Shown here: one piece after another, positions 55,001 through 64,000 of the stretch
How the letters are laid out: the number at the start of each line of letters is the position of its first letter
Numbering within the stretch: the stretch's first letter is position 1
NCBI GenBank assembly: GCA_022605425.2
Contig: CM061251.1
Span: forward strand, 434,001 to 498,000
From: Hamiltosporidium tvaerminnensis FI-OER-3-3
Lineage: Eukaryota > Fungi > Microsporidia
Direction of reading: 5' to 3'
DNA length: 64,000 nt
Made by a program: the position numbers and the translations under genes
The notes under the pieces: generated by a model
Told to the model about the DNA's origin: nothing
The model's database searches: none
What the model saw: the letters and a program-made list of their open reading frames with translations, nothing else

Positions 55001-56837
55001 CTGTATAAAAATATTTTTTTTTGAATATAATTTATAACAATAACAAAAAACCTAAATTTTAATTGTTGAAAGGAATTAATTTCTATTAAGACGACGAAAT
55101 ATTTTGAAGAATAATCTAAGTTTATGTGCTTCAAATATTAATAAACTCGATCTGTTGACTTGAAACAAATTGTTTGGCTTCTAATTGATCTTTTACTATA
55201 TTTGGATTTGAAGTATTCTTATAAAGTTAAAGCAATGTACAAAATATTGTATGTCTAGGTATTAAAATCTTTTCATATAATTACATGACTGATAAATTCG
55301 AAGTAACTAGGTTAGGATGGTATATAAGGTGTGACTAATGAGAAATTTAAAGGTTTTTATTGGCTTGATGAGGTTTAGCATAATTTACAGGGGAACCATA
55401 TTAACTAAAATTTTTAAAAATATCATGCAATAGAAGGTTATTTGAATTTTATTTTTTAGGATTTATTGCAAGCAGTTTCTTTTTTTAAAATTAATAGAAA
55501 TTTCAACTGATATTTCTTTGCTTTATAAAGTATATCCTTTATGTTTGCTAATCAGTCGGTCTCTGTTATACCAGATATCCTTTGGTATCGATGCTTTTAA
55601 CACATTAAAAAAATGTGACACATGCAACTATACACTTTGTGTTTCCATCAAACCGCAAATGAGCCTGACTATGTTTGACTTTGTTGTTTCTTTTGGGCAA
55701 CTCTTGGAAAATACATCAAATATAGATTGAAATTAAAGAATTTAAATGATTTAAAATGTTATATTGGTTTCTTTAGAGATCTTCTGATGATAAACAATGT
55801 TTATTTGTTTCTTTTTAAAACTATCAAAAAATCTAGCATCATGTATTAGAAAAAAACGGCAAGGTTGGTCTTAAAAACAAAAATTCGGTTGAATACTTGT
55901 ATTGAGCAGATTGCATAAATTATTATATCGAAACATGGTTTTCCTGCTTCTGTCGCTACTAAAAAATTGAAGTTGGGACAATTCCGCCTTCTTTTTGTGA
56001 GCGTTTCTTGATATAAGTTACAATGTTGGTTTATATTTCTAGAAGAATCCAAACCTCAGCTTTTCATGACAAAGGTCCTTAGCAGAAAACAGAAAATTGG
56101 GTGTCGCCGTGATTTTTTAAGTATCATAAATTTTCAGTTTAGATTTTATAAAAGGCATTAAAAAGCTTACTCCCTGGATTTTGTTTGGATTTTAAACTAC
56201 AATACATATTAGATATAATTAGTATCACTATGTCTTCTTTTTTTTAGAATCTCTGGTTCTTTAAAACAATAATGTTTTTACTTTTTTACTTATTCCCTTC
56301 CTCTTATATCTCCTAGTGTTGAGGATGAACAGATGAAAATTCTCGTTTGGTTCTTCAATCTGTTCTAACTAGGTATTATAGGAAATTATTTTATAGATCT
56401 AAGGTTGTTTATATCCCACCACAATTCAGCAATGATTTCCCTACGAACAACACACTCATGCCAAACAGATAGTTTTTAATTTGAGCTATTTCTTCCACTT
56501 AATTAATTCTTTTATGGATTAAAAATCTAGATCGAATAATTTTAGTCTCTATAAGCATTATTGATATGTGTTTAAATCCATCCATCCAATGAATTATTTT
56601 GGTCCCAAAAAGTACTGATTTGGGCTTGAATAAAAACAAAACACATGTTTGAACAATCTTTATACATAAAAAGCAACTCTTTGTTGTTATTTTCAAAATA
56701 TATATAATTTGGGAAAGAATTATCTTTCCGGAGAAGTTTTATAAATTTATAATTTAATTAACTGATAAAAAAAAGTTATCATTTTTAATTAATTAATTTA
56801 ATATAAAAATATTCAAGAAATTTATTTCTTTAACTCC

Positions 56838-59156
56838 ATGGATAAAATTTTTAGAACGATGTTTTCAAATAAGAATATTTGTGATCAAAAGATTGTGCGT
56901 TTCTTCATTTGGATCTTTTTAATTGTCGATCTAAAAGTAGACAATCGATTCGTTATACATTTTTATGATGAAATGAATAACGGGGAAACGGACGTATACA
57001 GCATGAACAAAAATAGTATTTGCTTTTCTAGGTTTGTCAAAAAGAAGTACGTTTGTTACGTACATAATGAATGTATTAAATGCTCACAATTCTTAATTGA
57101 AAATGAAAACGATTTTCCATTAAATTTCAAAAATAAAGATGAAGGTGAATCGGACCATTGCATTTTTTTGAATACAAAAGTATTAAAATTCAATGACTTT
57201 TTGTATTTTTTTAAAATAATAAAAGAAATATCTGAATTAAAAGAAAATTTTAAGATCTGTGATTTCCTACTGATTTTACGTATACTTGAAGCTTTCAAAT
57301 TTAAGGTAGATAAAAATTTCAATCTAATTGTTCGAAATCTGTTACTTTCCATTGTTTTCAATAGTAAATATATCTACGCAAACAATAATTTAAAAGGTAA
57401 AACAATTGTATCAACATCGATGCTAAAGCTTCTTTTTAAAGAATTTGGTAGAATATATTTTCTAGATGCAAGTTTATTTTTTGAAAATGCATCTGGAATC
57501 AAAATTAAAGAAATTTTAAACGAAAATTTTGATATAAATTTTATATTTGATCCAAAATTTGTTTGTATAAATTCCACTTTTATTACTGTAATAAACGAAC
57601 TCTTTGAATCCAATTTAGAATTTTTAATTTCTTTTAGAATTATTTTTGCAAATATTCGAAATACTCGTGCCATTTTATACGGAAATAGAAGTTCAATTCG
57701 AAATATTTCATCCCGCATATGTTATATATTATTTTCAAATATCGAGAAGTTTTGTTTTTATTCTTGGGAAGATATGAATTTCTTTAATTCAATGTGTGAT
57801 AAATTGATATATAAAAAAGTAACAATTCTGATTTTTTTTCGTTGCCGTTTTTCAGTGTTTTCTGAAAGCCCCTTTAATGCTTTTAAATCTCTGACTCGCA
57901 TTTATTTTATCAATTCCTATATAACAAATCCTATATCACTTGGTAAACTTTACACGTATTTAGAATTGATTTTTTCCTTTTATAATGAAATAACAAACGA
58001 AACGAATGCTGCGAAAATTTTGAAACTAGCGACTGATATACAACCTCAGTTTGATAATATCGATGCGGTTCGTTTTTTTGATTTTAATAAATCATTAATG
58101 ATATCCCAAGAATTTAAAAGCTCTGAATATCTCGTTTGTCTAGTTGATGAGATATATTATGTAGGATCATATTTCGGAATATATATGAGTGTTTCTACTT
58201 TTCCACAAAATGTTAAAAGCATTTCTGTTATATTTAAAGAAGTTTCTCTAAGGGGATTTCAATTACAAAATCCTTCAATATTTAACACTACTAGAGAATT
58301 ATCTATCTTGGATTCTGAATTTTCTAACGAATTTTTATTGGATATTTTATTGTTACCGCATTTAGAGGAATTTGTCATATGCAATTGTAAAGCTTTATTT
58401 GAGAAAAAGCTTACGTATGAAAAACGATCATCTATAAATAATTTTTCTATATCTGGAAGTACCTTCACAAATTCCGAGGAAATGATTAATTTTGTGAATT
58501 GCATGCCAAATTTAAAAAGCTTAACGCTTCGTAACAATAAAAACCTATATATGTTTCAAAGTATATCTACAAACAATATGATTTGGTCAAGTTCTCTAGA
58601 AATTTTGATGCTGTTAGACGAGAGAAAATTTCAAGGCGTTTTACCAAACCTTTCTTGCCTTAAAATTATTAAAAATTTTAAATTTGATTATGGATTATAC
58701 GATGAAGGTTCGTTATTACAATTAATGGGTAACCAAGGTTTGATAAATGTTTGCAATCTGTCGGTATATAATTTCAAAATAGGTTCACGTGATAAAGATG
58801 CGATAAAAAATATTTCAGAAATAAAAAATCTATCGTTCTTTAATTGTACATTTATAAATATCACATTTTCGCAGCTATTCGATCCCACAAAAAAATATAC
58901 AATTGAAAAGTTAATTTTAGAAAGAATTCTACTCACGGTTGTGGACATTCTATTTCTATCGAATCTTGCTTGTTTAAAATATTTAGAAATTGAAACCAGT
59001 GGTTTTTTGTTTCAAAGTAAAGATTTCTCTAAGGTTGTTCTTTTAAACTTATCACAACTTCGTATAAGACTTAAAGTTCCGATGCAGTTTTTGCGTGAAA
59101 TAAATTATTTCAAAGAGGTTATGCAATCTAGTAACCTAGAAATCTATGAATTCTAA
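56838..59156 (+). CDS. 772-aa degenerate leucine-rich-repeat-like protein (lineage-expanded family type)
   Basis: Long intact ORF. The C-terminal half has LxxLxLxxC/N-like units (LPHLEEFVICNC, MPNLKSLTLRNN, IKNLSFFNCTF, LACLKYLEI). Hydrophobic segment FFIWIFLIV near the N-terminus. AATAAA lies ~45 nt after the stop. Confidence 0.85.
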   Translation: MDKIFRTMFSNKNICDQKIVRFFIWIFLIVDLKVDNRFVIHFYDEMNNGETDVYSMNKNSICFSRFVKKKYVCYVHNECIKCSQFLIENENDFPLNFKNKDEGESDHCIFLNTKVLKFNDFLYFFKIIKEISELKENFKICDFLLILRILEAFKFKVDKNFNLIVRNLLLSIVFNSKYIYANNNLKGKTIVSTSMLKLLFKEFGRIYFLDASLFFENASGIKIKEILNENFDINFIFDPKFVCINSTFITVINELFESNLEFLISFRIIFANIRNTRAILYGNRSSIRNISSRICYILFSNIEKFCFYSWEDMNFFNSMCDKLIYKKVTILIFFRCRFSVFSESPFNAFKSLTRIYFINSYITNPISLGKLYTYLELIFSFYNEITNETNAAKILKLATDIQPQFDNIDAVRFFDFNKSLMISQEFKSSEYLVCLVDEIYYVGSYFGIYMSVSTFPQNVKSISVIFKEVSLRGFQLQNPSIFNTTRELSILDSEFSNEFLLDILLLPHLEEFVICNCKALFEKKLTYEKRSSINNFSISGSTFTNSEEMINFVNCMPNLKSLTLRNNKNLYMFQSISTNNMIWSSSLEILMLLDERKFQGVLPNLSCLKIIKNFKFDYGLYDEGSLLQLMGNQGLINVCNLSVYNFKIGSRDKDAIKNISEIKNLSFFNCTFINITFSQLFDPTKKYTIEKLILERILLTVVDILFLSNLACLKYLEIETSGFLFQSKDFSKVVLLNLSQLRIRLKVPMQFLREINYFKEVMQSSNLEIYEF

Positions 59157-59538
59157 AATTTCAGGATATCTTTCTATTTTTAATTTGCTTGAAAGTCTCA
59201 TCGAAGCTTTTGCTAAGTTCAATACCTCGTGCTTTTGAAGAATTATTTTTATAGTAAAAAAATAAATTCTTACAAGACTTGGTGACTATTTCTTCACTAA
59301 ATCTCTATGTGATTCAAAATTTATCAATGGATTTTAAAGTTAGCACATACTATAATTGATAAATAATTTTGATTAGAGGACTTTTTTAGTCTAACTGCTG
59401 ATCTTTTTATAATACAAAACTACAGATTATGTGATTCTTTTATTTTACTGATACGAAGCTTTCTTGTTTCTTGTATTATTTTTTCAATTCATCTCACGTT
59501 TGCAAATGTATATTCATTTATGTAAAAATGAATGTATG

Positions 59539-60255
59539 TCTATATCCTTGTGAATATTAAAGACATGAAATAAAGGGTGTTATTATTTATATAAAGGGGT
59601 ATTGATTTCATTAAAACGGTAGATTAAATAAAGGGGTTATCTAGGATTTTTATTAAAAGGTGTTAATACGAATGGATAAATTTAAATAGTCTTAATATAA
59701 AGCGTAGTATGTCAAAGGGTGTCACTGTAAAATGGTGGTTTAAAGGAGGTTAGTAAATTTATATTAGATTAACGGGTTGTTAACATATATAATTCCGTAT
59801 TAAAGGGTTTTGGTGATTAAGGAAAATCGGGAGAGTGTTATTTGAATGTGTAATTCTGTAAAGAGCGCTAATAATATGCATGCATTATTAATTGGGAATT
59901 TACTGTTCCCACTCATTTTAATGGTTCTAACGGATAAGCCATTTAAGTGTTTGAGTTTCTTTACGACTCACCTTTTTAAAGACAATAATTCGCACACGAG
60001 TAAACGCTGCAGTATGCAGAATATAATTTGGTTAAAACGTGCTTTTCACATAACGACTCTATGTAGCCACTTATTTCATATAAATTTCATTAAATGTTAT
60101 CGTATAGAAACGAAAACAAAGAATATTACATCTCAAATGCTCAAGTAAAAATAAATAAATACTATTCAAAGTAATAAACGAATGTAATTTTTGTTTTTGT
60201 TATACTTGAATTTATGTTCTTTCATTATGGCAGCAACGCGCGGCGGGTAAGCTAG
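59539..60255 (+). mobile_element. Probable non-autonomous Helitron-like element
   Basis: 5' TCTATATC... and a GC-rich 3' end GGCAGCAACGCGCGGCGGGTAAGCTAG (CTAG at 60252-60255). Single copy only, and the flanks (G...G) are not the canonical A/T. Confidence 0.45.
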
Positions 60256-61495
60256 GTATACAATATTAATTTTCTCTTAATTAAAAAAATAGTCAGTAAG
60301 ACAATGTTTTTGTGTATGATTTCCAAAAATATTTAGTACTTTAGATATCGCATTAGCAAGTTTTAAGTTTGAACGAAATATTATTTGTGATTAGACCGCT
60401 GCTTTAAATTTTATTTTGGTCGATGAATAAATATATATTTCTGTGTTTTCAATTAGGAAAATTGTGGAAACAAACAAATGGAATTAATTTAACTTAAATT
60501 AGCAATAATTTTAAATAATTGTAACATATTGTTTTTAATTTAAATTTAAAATCTGTATCTATAGGCGAATTCCCTATGATTCCGAATTACAGCAGATTAA
60601 AAAAATCAAATGGAAAACTTTCATGGGTGTATCCTCGACATTGTAAGATAAAAGAGCAATATAGTGGGTAAATAAGTAAATATAACATCTAATTCTCAAT
60701 CGATTGAAAATCTATTTATACTGCCGAAAGTATTGTTTAGTAATATATAAACCTATTATATATCAGATATGTTCTTTCGTATTAATTCTTGCTATATTCT
60801 ACTTCCTTTACGCTTTTTTTGATTGGTCTATTTTATTAGCTCTTTATGATGCTTTATCCAATGTTTTTTTCTAGTCAATATATCTAAAGTTTGAGTTTAA
60901 ATGGTTATCGGACTCTTTGTGTATGATTTGGTTCTCATAATCCCGTTAATCAAGTATATTAATGCCTGATTGTCACGTTGGCTTTCTATGGAATATCTAA
61001 TAATACATTTACTAGGTCTTTTTGTCATTACGTCTTAATCTGTACCTTTCTCTTTCTCAAGCTAAAACGGCTCAACCTGTTTTTTGAATATGATTGACTA
61101 AAGTTACCTCTAGTCTTAGTGATATTTAATAGGGTACGGTTTGCAGCATATGTTTACATTGCTATCTAAATTCCAAGTTATTCTATAAAAGATTATATGG
61201 GCTCTGAATCTAGCCATAAGATTCAATTCATTGATTAATAATTTGAGCCTATCGTCTTCATCTGTTTTAACAATTTGAAGCAAATCTTTTGAAATAATAT
61301 CAACCTAAATAATAATCATCAAATTACATTTTTTTACAGCGAAAAAAATCCAGTGAAATAGTCTGCTTTTGGGCATCTAAATTTTTAATGATTTTTAAAC
61401 TTATTTCCGCACATTGTTTTTGGATTTCTTGAATTGATCTTTTTTTTTGTTTTAAAAAATTGAATGCGTATTCATTCTTAAAAAGTAGTTATAAA

Positions 61496-61545
61496 CAACT
61501 CCCCCATATCTGGTATAGAGCTCAAATGAGAAAGGGGGAGAATTG
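61496..61545 (+). ncRNA. Degenerate twister-ribozyme-like remnant in the RTE 5' UTR (probably inactive)
   Basis: CAACTCCCCCATATCTGGTATAGAGCTCAAATGAGAAAGGGGGAGAATTG follows the layout UAAC-UCC-GC-[P3]-GGU..AAGCCC-[P3']-GGAG-GAGGG but with several core substitutions. It lies ~140 nt upstream of the RTE ORF. Confidence 0.35.
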
Positions 61546-64000
61546 AACCGCGGGGAAAAAACCTTACCTTAAAAACCACCTATATCTTATGAAATATTTA
61601 CAAAATTTTATGCTATCAAAACTAATGAGAATAATAGATTTAAGAAATTACAAAAAAAGAAGGTAAATTTTTTAAAATGAACTAAAAATGGCGACAAAGG
61701 ATATGCGAATACTTCATAAGCCGGAAGTTTTAAAAACTGTGGCAATTGAACTTAAGAGATATAAAATAAATATTTCAGCGTTGCAAGAGATTCGTTGGAA
61801 GGAAACTCACATGTTTAAAAGCGAAGACCACATAATCTTTTATAGTGAAACGTGATCTTTCATACTCTAATTACAGCCTTTATTATAAATAACAATTTGG
61901 TGTATACAGTAAAAGATATAAATGAACATTATGTCGAATTCGGTATGCAACAAAATTCGTCAGCTTAACAATATTAGACTCATCTTTCCATTGAAGAAGC
62001 AAATAACATGAAGAAATATAGCTGTTACGACTTCCTGGAAAAATCATAAGATATTTTTCCAAGAAGCATAGTGATATTACTCGGTGAAATAAATCTAATA
62101 GTGGGTAAAGAAAGAGCTTATATGCTCAAATCGGAAAATAAATCTTGTATAAGACGCAGAGAAAATCTATTTCGATTAATGAACTTCTCAAGTAGCAAGA
62201 ATATGATTTTCGTCTATAATGTTTTCCACATAAAGACATACAGGTAACGTGTAAGTCACCAGATAATCATACTAGTACATAACAAAATCATGCAATTATG
62301 GAGGCAAGGTCCGCATCGGTGTACAGAATGTAAAAACATATAAAGAAGGAGACATTAACACCCATCACTACCTTGTAATCATTACATTTTGCCAAAGAAC
62401 ATCATTATTTGCATGGTTGAAAAATCTCTAAGCCGGAAATTTTATCTTCCAAAAACTAAGAGATCTTGGTTTAAGAGCATAATTTAGTGAAATTATCCAA
62501 AATAGTATAAATTATTTTGAAGACACGGGTAGAAGTGGTGAAAATAAAGCGATCGAAGGAACATAGGAAATACTAAAGAATAAAATTCTAAACCAAGCGG
62601 AGGAAATAAATGGATTTAAAGGACACAAATGCATACAAAGCGGTCTTATGAAGAAGGCAAATAGCAATTTACATAAGAAAGCAGGCAGAATTAACCTCTT
62701 GCAAGAACAACGCACCGATACGGATTTACTTTTATTAGTGCGAGGAACGAAAGCATCACATGTATGCAGGAAAAAAAAAGTGATTACAGGATGAAAGTAT
62801 ACGCCTATGGAAACAGAATCTTTAAATAAACAAACAAGATAAATGCAGGAACAGAATAAAAATTAAGAAAAAAACTTTTGGTCCAGGAACTTTAACCTGC
62901 AAGCAATAAATAAAAAGTTATGTTACGGATCTAGAAGAACTCTTGGATCTATAGGCGAAATATTTTGGAACTTTTTAATTAAGACGATGCAAAATGAGGA
63001 AAAGAAACATTTTGTTTCGAGATTTCAGGTCCAACCTACATAAAATATGAACATATAGGCCTCAAATCGTGAAAATCGAGGACGCTATTATTTCCTAAAA
63101 AACAAATAAGTAGCCAGTGAGTACCGGCGCATTTATGTGGGAATATTGAAGTATGGAGTAAATGCGCTTCTAAAGAATTTTTTTCTGAGCGTAAAAGTTT
63201 CGAAATTACAAATAAATCCCAAAAGATTGGAATAATGCCCTTATTGTTCCAATTCACAATAAAGGCGTTAACCGATTTAGCTCGAAGTCATTCCTTCATT
63301 AATACTCGAAACTATAGCTGTGCACGAGCCTTGACCTCTCTAAGTAATACTGTTAAAGGTATTGTGTAATAAGTATGTCTAGTTTTTCGGGTTCAAAAGA
63401 AAAGTGGTTTTAACAGGTAGACTGTTAACCATACGCTTAACCCCAACCTCGAGATTGGTTCCTTTTTGTCGCGCTTTACAAAAAGCAAAGAATACCCCAA
63501 ATTTATTCTGCTCTCAGCATGTTGGGGAATTTCGGCATGAATTAGTCAGAAAAATTTATAGTGATATATCCCAGACAATTGTTAACATGTCTAATTTTAG
63601 CTCTTATGTCTGTTTTCGAAGATACATTATATCCAGTTGCGACATCTAAAATATTTATTTTAATCTTCGTCTGGTAAATATATTAGAAAAAATACTATTC
63701 TGGTTTATCGATAAAAAACCTGTACTCTTGCAGATTTTCTAAGGAATTGTTTCGGGATTTGGAATGCCTAAAGAAATCCTAAAATCATCTTTATTCCTAT
63801 AGCGCTATATAGCTCATATAGAATTTATGTTAAGAATTTTATCTTTTATTCTGCGTTTAAGATAGTTGCGAATTCCGAATATGAATTCGGGAACAAGTTT
63901 TTCAGTAAAATAATTAAAAAAATATAGGTTGTTTGTGTTTGAAAGTTTCTGTACTAATAATTTTGTCCCATTGAAGAATTGATGCTTTGTAAGAAGTAAT
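61496..64000 (+). mobile_element. Decayed RTE-clade LINE (APE endonuclease and reverse transcriptase pseudogene)
   Basis: From 61688: MATKDMRILHK...ELKRYKINISALQEIRW...IFYSE, LLGEINLIVGKE, FPHKDI..VTCKSPD, GDINTHHYLV (APE motifs), then PKDWNNALIVPIHNKG (~63219). Weaker RT traces follow (FGFKRK...LLTIR, FNLRL). Many stops and frameshifts; evidence past 63270 is weaker. Confidence 0.85.

Noticed and set aside
55500-56600. Possible decayed integrase/LTR-element remnant on the minus strand
   Set aside because: Only vague CxxC-like traces; no DDE motif recovered.
57056-58948. Antisense ORFs inside the 772-aa gene, and the many 60-100-aa ORFs across the window
   Set aside because: Shadow frames, or F/I/L/K/Y/N-rich chance ORFs expected in AT-rich DNA; many start at TTG/GTG.
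1-64000. CRISPR arrays, rRNA, tRNA genes, telomeric tracts
   Set aside because: No regularly spaced identical repeats, rRNA signatures, cloverleafs or (TTAGG)n runs were seen by eye. tRNAscan-SE and cmscan were not run.

Overview
Very AT-rich, gene-poor eukaryotic DNA. Short intronless ORFs, a CCC motif just before an ATG, AATAAA overlapping a stop codon, a degenerate LRR-type protein and the TE content suggest a large-genome microsporidian (Hamiltosporidium-like; this is inference). Only three convincing protein genes are present, all at 51-59 kb: a small tail-anchored orphan, a cis-prenyltransferase (RER2/DHDDS-like) and a 772-aa LRR-like protein. The rest is a ~40-kb ORF-free desert plus decayed mobile DNA: two families of Ginger2/TDD-like integrase elements with TGT...ACA inverted ends, two fragments of a restriction-like-endonuclease (RLE) LINE, a decayed RTE LINE with a twister-like 5' remnant, an RTE-derived ~230-bp SINE (2 copies with TSDs) and a probable non-autonomous Helitron. 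The best novelty candidate is a ~740-bp non-coding element. It has two full-length copies and two older ones. Both full copies sit in the same target motif TATCTRTTRC with an 11-bp duplication, and an empty site is visible in the window. Its hairpins show G.U and compensatory variation on the + strand.
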